Assembly: GCA_042566005.1 (NCBI GenBank)
Contig: JBHORO010000001.1
Coordinates: 9,823 to 73,822 of the forward strand
DNA: 64,000 nt
Reading direction: 5' to 3'
Source of the DNA: Verrucomicrobiota bacterium
Lineage (GTDB): Bacteria > Verrucomicrobiota > Kiritimatiellia > Kiritimatiellales > JBHORO01
Shown: positions 28,302 to 36,395 of the stretch, piece after piece
Numbering within the stretch: the stretch's first letter is position 1
How the letters are laid out: every line of letters starts with the position of its first letter
Notes under the pieces: generated by a model
Told to the model about the DNA's origin: nothing
Database searches by the model: none
What the model saw: only the letters and a program-made list of their open reading frames with translations
Made by a program: the position numbers and the translations under genes

Positions 28302-28919
28302 ATGTTATGCGCGCCAAAAAAAGTGCCGAACATATTCCCCGTTATTGCCCTTAGCGCCTTGTCGCTTTGCGCCAACGAAAGCCGGGCCGAAGAGCGTTCG
28401 CCCAACCACGAACGACCGTACGCCTTGAGCATCTACGGCGGACGCATGACTTCAAACAACGTCGATGATTTTGTCGATAGCCTTGAGAAAATCGATTTCG
28501 AGCGGTCCTTCCTCCTCACGATCGCCCTCTCGCGCACCCTCGCCCGATACCGCGACCTGGCGAGCCTGGAAGTTGAAGGGCAAGTCGTCCGACATTTTAA
28601 CCGGCAAAATCACTGGGAATTCAATGCCCTGATTGCCGCGCGCTGGGAAAAATTCTACTGGGACGACAAACTGGACACCAGCATCGCCATCGGGACGGGA
28701 CCGTCCTATGCGGCGCGGCGCCCTCAAGTCGAGGAGCAGAACAACGACCAGACCGACCACCTGCTGGCCTATATGCTGATTGAACTCGAGTTCGTCCTGC
28801 CGAAGCACCCGAACACATCATTCATCACGCGGATTCATCACCGCTCAAACGCGTGGGGCCTGGTTGCCGACAACGGCGGATCTAATGCACTTGCGTTCGG
28901 GCTGAAATATCGTTTTTAA
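28302..28919 (+). CDS. outer-membrane beta-barrel protein, candidate lipid A deacylase (PagL / acyloxyacyl hydrolase-like)
   Basis: A GAGGGAGG SD precedes the ATG at 28302. The N-terminus is signal-peptide-like (VPNIFPVIALSALSLCANESRAEE). The C-terminus ends GLKYRF with a terminal aromatic residue typical of OMPs. The H-x-S-N-A motif (IHHRSNAWG) resembles the PagL His/Ser catalytic pair. Confidence 0.5.
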   Translation: MLCAPKKVPNIFPVIALSALSLCANESRAEERSPNHERPYALSIYGGRMTSNNVDDFVDSLEKIDFERSFLLTIALSRTLARYRDLASLEVEGQVVRHFNRQNHWEFNALIAARWEKFYWDDKLDTSIAIGTGPSYAARRPQVEEQNNDQTDHLLAYMLIELEFVLPKHPNTSFITRIHHRSNAWGLVADNGGSNALAFGLKYRF

Positions 28920-28931
28920 CGGGCAGCCGAC

Positions 28932-29153
28932 CTACCCGCGCGTTGGATCATACGTCAGATCAATTTTGCGGCCCGGAAAAACATTAGCAGCCATCCGCAG
29001 CGCTCCGCGGCTATTCGGGACCATCGGAACCACCTCACGAGATCCATTCCATTCAGTCAATGCGAACGCGGCCACCGGGGCTTCGTCCGAATGATCCGTC
29101 ACTACCCACCAACCGGGAACGGCCGGAATCAACTGCTCGATCGTAACGTGCAT
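28932..29153 (-). CDS. hypothetical 73-aa protein downstream of parA
   Basis: ORF with a GGGAGA SD-like sequence 6 nt upstream of the ATG. I recognise no family. Coding status is inferred only from the ORF, the SD and GC-rich codon usage. Confidence 0.4.
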   Translation of the reverse strand: MHVTIEQLIPAVPGWWVVTDHSDEAPVAAFALTEWNGSREVVPMVPNSRGALRMAANVFPGRKIDLTYDPTRG

Positions 29154-29220
29154 TCTTCATCTCCCTGCTACAAGACAAACTGCGGCCACCCAGATTAAGC
29201 GCGCCGTCGGCAGGGACTGT

Positions 29221-29282
29221 AAAACAAGAAATTAAAGAAAGCGACACATTCAAGGCACAAATGCAAATCGTGAAAGTGTCGC
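29221..29282 (-). terminator. putative terminator after parA
   Basis: On the minus strand, GCGACAC...GTGTCGC forms a 7-bp stem with a long loop, followed by TTTCTTTAATTTCTTGTTTT. Confidence 0.35.
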
Positions 29283-29298
29283 CGGGCCCAAACCGGCT

Positions 29299-30081
29299 TT
29301 AACCGCGGGCGGCAACGCGCTTGTTGATCTCTCTAGCGAGACGACGGAACATAAGCGCATTGAAAGAGCTCGGATCGTATTCGATCACCGGCACGCCATG
29401 ACTCGGTGCCTCACTGATACGCACACTGCGCGGGATCAGCGTTTCGTACACCACGCCACCAAAATGCTGATTCACTTCGCGGACGACCTGACGGGAGAGG
29501 TTTGTGCGCGCGTCGTACATCGTCATCACGATGCCCTCGAGCGACAGCTCCGGGTTGGTGCCGTTTTCAGCCAGCTGCTGAATAATGCCGGTAATAACGC
29601 TCAGACCCTCCAACGCATAGTACTCGCACTGAATCGGAATGATTACCGAATGCGCGGCGGTCAACGCGTTCATAAAAAGAATGCCAAGCGAGGGCGGGCA
29701 ATCGAGCAGCATATAGTCGTACTCCGCCGCGTCGGTGACCGGCTTGAGAACCTCTTTCATACAGTGCAGGTAGTTTTCGCGCCGCGCGATGTCCACTTCC
29801 GCTCCCGCCAAATCCAGCTCGGACGGAATGATATCCAGATTCGGGGTACTGGTCTGCTTGATGATATCCGTGATCGCCACATCGCCGAGCAGCGCATCGT
29901 AGATGCTGTGTCCCATCACGCGCTCGACGCCCAGCCCGCTGGTTGCGTTGGCCTGCGGATCGAGGTCGATCACCAGGACTTTTTTGCCGAGCTCAGCCAG
30001 GCAAGCGGCCGCGTTGATGGCCGTCGTGGTCTTACCCACGCCGCCCTTCTGGTTTGCGAAAGCGATAATCTGTGTCTGCAT
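29299..30081 (-). CDS. parA: ParA/Soj-family partition ATPase
   Basis: 260-aa ORF with the deviant Walker A IIAFANQKGGVGKTTT, VLVIDLDPQANAT, and Walker B YMLLDCPPS. Confidence 0.92.
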   Translation of the reverse strand: MQTQIIAFANQKGGVGKTTTAINAAACLAELGKKVLVIDLDPQANATSGLGVERVMGHSIYDALLGDVAITDIIKQTSTPNLDIIPSELDLAGAEVDIARRENYLHCMKEVLKPVTDAAEYDYMLLDCPPSLGILFMNALTAAHSVIIPIQCEYYALEGLSVITGIIQQLAENGTNPELSLEGIVMTMYDARTNLSRQVVREVNQHFGGVVYETLIPRSVRISEAPSHGVPVIEYDPSSFNALMFRRLAREINKRVAARG

Positions 30082-30374
30082 AAAATTCTCTCTAGTAGTA
30101 AATGGAACGCACAGCTTGCAGAATTCCCGCCGGAGATTCCAGTTCTTTTATCTGAACGTTAATGCATCGTTATGTTTTGGAAAAAACATTCTGTTACTGC
30201 CGGCGTCCGATGACGCTCCTATCACTCGGTCACCTGCACATAGAACGCGCACGAGGCACACCATAACGAAATCTGCGCGCACGTACCCCATGAACGGCAC
30301 TGCGACCGCTACGACAAGATGTGCCCGGAAAAACTCACCCGAGCCTCAGGCGGCCCGCTCCATTTAAAAGCCAA

Positions 30375-33300
30375 CTATTCCTGAATAATCTCAATCCGGT
30401 AAAATGCGTTTTTCACCGGCGGATCCCAGGGCGTCAACTTCTCCCATGTTTCCCGGACAGTCGATGCATCCTGCGACTGAGAAATACCAAAGTCAGCACT
30501 CTCCAAAGGGCTCCATTCCGTCAAGTTGAGCGACTCTGAAATCCTATAACGAATGTCAATTCGCTCACTCCCTGACCGCGCAAAGCTTAATACATAAGTC
30601 CCATCCGCATTCGGGGTTAACCCAAGAACCCGGTTCTGATAAACAGCGGAATCAGCAGTATCCGGCGAGGTGCCAAAAGCATATTCCAAAATATTGATAA
30701 CTTGGTCGCCATCAAAATCGTCAAGCGGGTCCAGAAGCGTTCCAGCACCGTAGTCCTCATCAGAAAGCTGATCCCGCATCCACGCCTGATAGCCGACCAG
30801 AGGTGCTATGTATTCCAGTGCGCCAACGTCCGCAACTGGACGTGCTGTTGACAAAATGTCTTTCCCCACGAAATTCGGAAGATTCCACCCGTTTGTCAGC
30901 GGCAATGCTGCATCTATTCCTGGCGAGTTACTCGGAATGCGGAAATCATAATTTTCCGGGTCCAGAAACAGCGGGTCTGCATCAGCAAGGAATAATCCAT
31001 CTGCTACATTTTCTTCGCTTTTCCTGACCTCACCGCCCTGATACTCCCAAACCAAATTGCCGCCGCCGTCGTATACAACAAACCCAGGCGCAACCCTTTG
31101 GCTCACAACGTTCACGCGCAAGGCAAGTCCATTAAAAGACCCATCAATCACAGATATGTTATTCCAGCACCTCACGTCCGTTCCAAGGTCCGGTCCACCC
31201 ATAACATCCGCCTCATGGGTAATCCCGATATTAGGGCCGCTCTCCAACTCAAAAACGGTTCCATAAAGAGAGTTCAAAAAACTGATATTATGCAACATGT
31301 CCACACGGTCCGTCGCGTGACAATTAACCCCTGACAGCGCGTTCAAATAGGTGACATTATTGGCCATCAAGATTCGGCCTGTTGCCGCCTCCGCAACCCA
31401 ATTCGTATCAGTCTGCCACTCTAGCGAGATGCCCTTGCCCTCATCCAGGTGAGGCCATATGAATGTTTTAGTCGGCACCCAAGAATACACCTCATTGTAG
31501 ATGTGGTGCACCCGGTTATTAGCGATAACGATTTTGTAAAGGTTACTGCTGTCTTCCAAAACAGGAATGTTATGCGTGGTTTCGCGCGCTACGATGCCCA
31601 TCGTGCCGACAGAGGCCTTGCGGGTGGTATTATCGACCTCGTTGCCGATGATATTGACATATTCACTTGCCTGCGCCCTGAGGCCCGTATTCGGAATGTG
31701 GTGAACGTGGTTATTGAGGATATCCACATACTGGGATCCACGCGCCAAAATACCTAGAGTAGCCGTATAAACAGGCCGCTGAGATCCGGAAATAAGAGGA
31801 AGTGTCCCCGATTGCGAATAGTGCTCCTCAACATACTCCGGCGTGCTACCAAAAGGAACACGGTAAAAGTAATCATAGGCTCCGTCATTCGTGATAAAAT
31901 TATCGTAGTTTTCTCGCGCGTATCCGTCACGATCCGTGTCTACGCGATAAAGAAACTGCAAGGCGTCAGCGGCAGTAACGCTCATACGCCCCACCGCACC
32001 CTCAACCTCAAAACCTATAACTCGAATATGACTGCATTGATCGACCAAAATACCGGCCGTATCATCCGTTTTAACAATGGTCTGATCATCCCATGCCTTG
32101 AGTGTGATAGGAGCCCCAGGCTCGCCATGAACCTTGCGGACCTTGATGGTGGTAACAGCGTTACGCCAGATATAAGGATCTGTTACAGTTCCATCATAAG
32201 CATAGCTTTCATTGAAATCCGGAGCCGAATATTCGCCGACAATGAATATCGTGTCATCAGGAACAACCAAAGACAGAGCCGCCTCAACACTGGCAAAAGC
32301 CGTAACCAGGCTGAGACCATCATTGCTGTCATCCCCGCTGGCTTTATCAACGTAGTAGGCTCCGCCCTTTGCAACATAAGGAGTCACCGTTTTAAAACAG
32401 GATTTCCGATCAGATGCGCTGTCATAAGCCCCCAGAGAAACCGGCGGCAAATCTTCCAACGCATTCACAGCCTCAGCTCCCACAGCCGTAAGCCTCACCG
32501 CCCCAGCCTCACGATCCAACGTGTAATAAGCATTCCCGCTGCTGTTGGTCGGGGCAATACCGTCAACACTCAGCCAATAAACCTGCGTAGCATCACCATC
32601 CGGATCGCTTACGGAGAAAGTGGCGGCAATATCCCCTTCCGCAGCAGCGGCGCTGCCGGGAATGAAGTTCTTTTCACCCAACGTGAGCACAGGCGCCTGA
32701 TTACCCGGCGTCAAATTGACCGTTACCGATCCCGAGGCAGATACGAACTCGTCATTATAAATGGCATAGGTGAACGTATCGGCCGTATTCACCTCTATAT
32801 TGCTTCCACCATGTTCATAGTACGCCAGACCCGTCTCCCGCAAATACAGCGTTCCATGAAGACCAGACACTTGCTTATAGCCGAACCTGCCAATAAACGC
32901 GTCATGAGTCGAGTCCGGCAAAGAGGCCCACGCGGTACCATTCACTGATTCAATCCCATTAACCGCAGAGGGGGCAAAAAGGCTGTCGTTAGCCATAAGC
33001 CTGACCGGGCTTAACAAACTGATCCCGCCTTCTTTGACAGTCAAACTGTCGTCAACAACCCCGACAAGAGTGTCGGTTGTGTAACTGACCGAAATGAACG
33101 GCTGCAACGCCGTGTCAGACGCTTCACTAGAAGCAACATAATGGCGGACAGTTGTCTCATCATTACTCAACAACAGGAAGCTTAGGTCGCCATTTAATTC
33201 AGCCATAGCTGATAAATCAAAGCTCACTTTTTCCCCAACATTCGTCGTAACAGCCACTGCACCGAAGTTATAGCTTAAAGCAGCGTCCAGCACATCCCCG

Positions 33301-33920
33301 TCGACCGGAGTGGCAGCGGTATAGGGCCGATTCTCATAAGTCAGGGAAGATTCATCCCACGCGTTATCCTTCAGTCCGAAAAGTGCCAACTGACCCGCTA
33401 CTGCACTATTCCCGCTGTCGACAAATAGATTAAAACGTGCGGAGACAACCCGATCTCCAACCCCCGACGCTACGAGGCTTACTGAAGATTTAAAATAGGC
33501 AGCCAAGTGATTATTGGCAGTAGCGTCACGAGTTCGAACCAACATCGTTGAAAGATCACGCACTCGGGGAGTGCCACTTACCGTACCCACCTCTAAATCA
33601 TCACTCATGGGAAAATGCTTAGATATAAGGTAGACAGATCCGTCCCCATCCGTAAGCCCCAGCACCGGGAATGGGTCCCCCCCATTGACGAGCGCGGCTC
33701 CGCTGACCGTCAACTCCACATTCTGCCCATTGATTTGATAAGATGAATCTCCCTGCGAAATTGTGACTCCAACCCCGCTAAAGGTCGCAATAACATCACC
33801 CGCCGAGAACACCGACCCTCCTGGAGAAAGGTAGGTATCTGTAATCTGAGGTTGTGCCCATGCTAAAGACGCAAATGCACAAACCATTAAAACAACAAAT
33901 CTAAATGTCTTATTACCCAT
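30375..33920 (-). CDS. large secreted right-handed beta-helix (pectate-lyase fold) protein with N-terminal DNRLRE/CBM96-like and cadherin/VCBS-like regions and a C-terminal Ca-binding-type DxDGD motif
   Basis: A signal peptide begins at ATG 33920 (MGNKTFRFVVLMVCAFASLAWAQP). The DNRLRE-like motif is DNAWDESSLTYENRP. ADTFTYAIYND matches a cadherin/VCBS-type repeat. The beta-helix starts with YYVDKASGDDSNDGLSL...DDTIFIVGEY and has repeated NN(H/R)VHHI turns. The beta-helix region continues to DYRIPSNSPGIDAAL and DVGALEY. The C-terminal motif is DDFDGDQVINILEYAFGTSP. The ORF track extends the gene to 34061. Confidence 0.75.
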   Translation of the reverse strand: MGNKTFRFVVLMVCAFASLAWAQPQITDTYLSPGGSVFSAGDVIATFSGVGVTISQGDSSYQINGQNVELTVSGAALVNGGDPFPVLGLTDGDGSVYLISKHFPMSDDLEVGTVSGTPRVRDLSTMLVRTRDATANNHLAAYFKSSVSLVASGVGDRVVSARFNLFVDSGNSAVAGQLALFGLKDNAWDESSLTYENRPYTAATPVDGDVLDAALSYNFGAVAVTTNVGEKVSFDLSAMAELNGDLSFLLLSNDETTVRHYVASSEASDTALQPFISVSYTTDTLVGVVDDSLTVKEGGISLLSPVRLMANDSLFAPSAVNGIESVNGTAWASLPDSTHDAFIGRFGYKQVSGLHGTLYLRETGLAYYEHGGSNIEVNTADTFTYAIYNDEFVSASGSVTVNLTPGNQAPVLTLGEKNFIPGSAAAAEGDIAATFSVSDPDGDATQVYWLSVDGIAPTNSSGNAYYTLDREAGAVRLTAVGAEAVNALEDLPPVSLGAYDSASDRKSCFKTVTPYVAKGGAYYVDKASGDDSNDGLSLVTAFASVEAALSLVVPDDTIFIVGEYSAPDFNESYAYDGTVTDPYIWRNAVTTIKVRKVHGEPGAPITLKAWDDQTIVKTDDTAGILVDQCSHIRVIGFEVEGAVGRMSVTAADALQFLYRVDTDRDGYARENYDNFITNDGAYDYFYRVPFGSTPEYVEEHYSQSGTLPLISGSQRPVYTATLGILARGSQYVDILNNHVHHIPNTGLRAQASEYVNIIGNEVDNTTRKASVGTMGIVARETTHNIPVLEDSSNLYKIVIANNRVHHIYNEVYSWVPTKTFIWPHLDEGKGISLEWQTDTNWVAEAATGRILMANNVTYLNALSGVNCHATDRVDMLHNISFLNSLYGTVFELESGPNIGITHEADVMGGPDLGTDVRCWNNISVIDGSFNGLALRVNVVSQRVAPGFVVYDGGGNLVWEYQGGEVRKSEENVADGLFLADADPLFLDPENYDFRIPSNSPGIDAALPLTNGWNLPNFVGKDILSTARPVADVGALEYIAPLVGYQAWMRDQLSDEDYGAGTLLDPLDDFDGDQVINILEYAFGTSPDTADSAVYQNRVLGLTPNADGTYVLSFARSGSERIDIRYRISESLNLTEWSPLESADFGISQSQDASTVRETWEKLTPWDPPVKNAFYRIEIIQE

Positions 33921-34105
33921 AGCTAGACCGCCCATTACTATAAATTCAAAAAAAGCGCATCCCACGCTGACAACATGGTACACAAACAATCGAACCCAAG
34001 CAACAGCTACGGAAACGCCCCGCCCTACCGCAGGGCGCGCATAAAACAGGCAACATTCCACGAAAAAGTTCGGCCAATACCGGCCTTTTCCTTTATAAAA
34101 GCGAT

Positions 34106-35137
34106 ATGATTTCTGTGTATAACATCGAGAAAATGGAGAAGCTGCGAAGCCGGGAGGCGGTAGATCCGCACCAGATCAAATTGCTGCTGAATGCGCTGTT
34201 CAAAAAGGCGCAGGATCCGGCGGAGGCACTGTCGGTTTTGCCAGACAAAGCCCGCGCCGCATTTGCAAAAGAGGTCGCGTATGAATCACTGGAGCTGGCG
34301 GAGCGGCACGACTCCCAGATCGACGGAGCGAGCAAGCTGATCTTCCGCACGCACGACGGGCACCTGATCGAAAGCGTGATCCTGCGCCCGAAGACGGGGC
34401 GCACTTCGCTCTGCATCTCGTCGCAGGTGGGTTGCGCGTGCTCGTGCAGCTTCTGCGCGACCGGCAAGATGGGATTCCTCCGCAATCTGACCGCAGCGGA
34501 AATCGCCGATCAGGTCGCCATCACCAACCGGCTAGTAAAATCCGAGGAGCGCTCGATCCGCAATGTAGTCTTCATGGGCATGGGCGAGCCCCTGCTCAAT
34601 CCGGAAAACCTTTTTCAGGCGCTGGAAATCCTGCAGGCCCCCTCCTACTTTAACTACGCCGGCTCGCGTCTGATGGTTTCAACCGTCGGCATTCCGCACG
34701 GCATGGAAGCCTTCACTGAACACTTTCCGAAAATCAATCTGGCGCTAAGCCTGCACAGCGCCCGTCAGGAGATCCGCGAATCGCTGATGCCCATGGCGAA
34801 AAAATATCCGCTCAAGCGCCTGCGAGAGTCGTTGCAGAAGACTGCCGGGCACGGCAAGGTGATGATCGAATACCTGATGTTGGCAGGAGTGAACGACGGC
34901 GAAGCCGACCGGCTGGCGCTGGAGGAATACCTGCGAGACATTCCCGCACACATCAACCTGATCCCGTTCAACGCCTATCCCGGCTGCGACCTGACCGGTA
35001 CGCCTGAGGCGGAACGCCGCGCATTCGCCGATCAGCTGAAAGGAGAGGGGTTTGATTGCACCCTGCGCTATTCGCTCGGCACAGACATCGCCGCGGCCTG
35101 CGGCCAGCTGGTACAACAAAAAGAACGCTACGATTAA
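34106..35137 (+). CDS. rlmN: 23S rRNA/tRNA (adenine-C2)-methyltransferase RlmN (radical SAM)
   Basis: 343-aa ORF with the radical-SAM cluster CISSQVGCACSCSFCATG, NVVFMGMGEPLLN, and the C-terminal catalytic Cys region GTDIAAACGQL. Confidence 0.92.
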   Translation: MISVYNIEKMEKLRSREAVDPHQIKLLLNALFKKAQDPAEALSVLPDKARAAFAKEVAYESLELAERHDSQIDGASKLIFRTHDGHLIESVILRPKTGRTSLCISSQVGCACSCSFCATGKMGFLRNLTAAEIADQVAITNRLVKSEERSIRNVVFMGMGEPLLNPENLFQALEILQAPSYFNYAGSRLMVSTVGIPHGMEAFTEHFPKINLALSLHSARQEIRESLMPMAKKYPLKRLRESLQKTAGHGKVMIEYLMLAGVNDGEADRLALEEYLRDIPAHINLIPFNAYPGCDLTGTPEAERRAFADQLKGEGFDCTLRYSLGTDIAAACGQLVQQKERYD

Positions 35138-35265
35138 CCGCTTATAATCCCGAAAAAAACCAACATCGGGGTTGATACCGAGGCGGTGGCATTTTGGTAT
35201 GTCCAGCTTTCTTTCCAATTACTTCAAAGGAGAACAGCATGAGCAGAATCACATGAAATGAAACT

Positions 35266-35655
35266 ATGAGCGTCGGCGTGAGCGAGCTTGATCAGAAACA
35301 TCAGAAACATCAGAAACTAATTTCCATTATTAACGAGCTCGACTCCGCCATGAGTCAGGGAAAAGGGAAAGAAGTTTTGCATAAGGTAATCAGCGGATTA
35401 ATTGTTTACGTAAAAACACACTTTGAAACCGAAGAGCGCTATCTGAAAGAGGCCAACTATCCTGAGTTTGCCTCCCATCAGGAGGAGCATATCGCCTTCA
35501 TAAAAAAAATATCCGCCTTCAAAAACGATTATCTGGCAGGAAAGATGTGTCTCTCAATTGAGATTATGAATTTCTTAAGCTGCTGGCTCATCGATCACAT
35601 CAAAGTGAAAGACAAGCACTACAGCCCCTGCCTGAGCAAGGCTGGCGTCCGCTAA
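35266..35655 (+). CDS. hemerythrin-like (bacteriohemerythrin) protein; coordinates are the ORF-track reading, but the ancestral start appears to be ATG 35239, interrupted by TGA at 35254-35256
   Basis: Fe-ligand motifs are present: LDQKH, HFETEERYL, HQEEHIAF and WLIDHIKVKD. Upstream and in frame, AAGGAG-N6-ATG(35239) reads MSRIT-TGA-NET-MSVGV. Confidence 0.85.
   Translation: MSVGVSELDQKHQKHQKLISIINELDSAMSQGKGKEVLHKVISGLIVYVKTHFETEERYLKEANYPEFASHQEEHIAFIKKISAFKNDYLAGKMCLSIEIMNFLSCWLIDHIKVKDKHYSPCLSKAGVR
35291..35317 (+). repeat. perfect 3 x 9-bp tandem repeat (ATCAGAAAC) inside the hemerythrin gene
   Basis: ATCAGAAAC ATCAGAAAC ATCAGAAAC read directly from the sequence. It encodes the repeated HQK units in D-QKH-QKH-QK-L. 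Confidence 0.95.
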
Positions 35656-35657
35656 AA

Positions 35658-36395
35658 CTACAACAACTCGTATGAAAGCGCGCTCAGCGCAAAAAGCGCG
35701 GCGGTTTCAGTGCGCAGAATCTGGGTGCCGAAGCTGGCGCCCGTTGCGCCGGCTTCGCGAAAGGCCTGCATCTCTTCAGGAGTGAAGTCGCCTTCGGGTC
35801 CGATCAGAACGGCAACGCTTTTGATGCCGCGTTCGTCCGCTTCGCGCAGGACGGTTTTAAGCGGGCGGGTCTCTTCGTCGAGTGCCCCGATCAGGGTCAG
35901 GTCATACTCAGCCAGCTTCGGCAACAGCTCATTTACGGTACAAAGCGGCGCGATTTCCGGCAACCAGCAGGTGCCGCACTGCTCGGCGGCATTCAAAATG
36001 ATCTTTTCCCAGCGCTCGCGTTTCTGTCCGGCATCTTTGGCCTTCAGTTTGACGATCGCGTTCTGCGTCTGCAGCGGGATGATTTCGGAACAACCCAGCT
36101 CAACCGCCTTCTGCAGAATCAAATCGAGCTTGGCGCCTTTGGGCAGGGCCTGGATCAGGGTGATTTTTACGCGGTGCGGCTCGCGCTGCCAGCGTTCAGT
36201 AATCCGCAGCACCACGCAGCTTTTGGAGACCGATTCCACCTTCGCGTCCGCGCCGTGGCCCTGTCCGTCAAAAACAGAGACCGCCTGCCCGACCTGCACC
36301 CGCAGAACGCGGGCGAGGTGGTGCGAAGATTCGGCAGAGAGCGTACAGAGCTCCTGCTGCAATTCTTCCGGCGCGGCGAAAGTGTGGATACGCAT
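35658..36395 (-). CDS. rsmE: 16S rRNA (uracil1498-N3)-methyltransferase RsmE
   Basis: 245-aa ORF with HHLARVLRV, ITLIQALPKGAKLDLILQKAVELG and VLIGPEGDFTPEE...LGTQILRTETA-type motifs. Its start overlaps the dnaJ stop by 1 nt. Confidence 0.88.
   Translation of the reverse strand: MRIHTFAAPEELQQELCTLSAESSHHLARVLRVQVGQAVSVFDGQGHGADAKVESVSKSCVVLRITERWQREPHRVKITLIQALPKGAKLDLILQKAVELGCSEIIPLQTQNAIVKLKAKDAGQKRERWEKIILNAAEQCGTCWLPEIAPLCTVNELLPKLAEYDLTLIGALDEETRPLKTVLREADERGIKSVAVLIGPEGDFTPEEMQAFREAGATGASFGTQILRTETAALFALSALSYELL

Noticed and set aside
28149-34105. A genomic island integrated at tRNA-Ser, spanning the PagL-like gene, the 73-aa ORF, parA and the giant protein.
   Set aside because: There is no integrase or transposase, and I could find no direct repeat of the tRNA-Ser 3' end by eye. 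Only the giant gene is compositionally deviant, while parA and the PagL-like gene have host-like GC. I retained only the narrower observations.
35254-35256. The idea that TGA encodes Trp genome-wide (genetic code 4), which would explain the in-frame TGA in the hemerythrin gene.
   Set aside because: TGA functions as a normal stop for fmt (48177), the EpsI-like gene (46274) and csoR (52798-52800) in this same window. All large conserved genes read cleanly under code 11.
35291-35317. The 9-bp triple repeat as a possible CRISPR-like or intergenic repeat element.
   Set aside because: It is only 27 bp, has no spacers, lies entirely within a coding frame, and translates in frame as an HQK duplication. 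It is a coding microsatellite, not an array.
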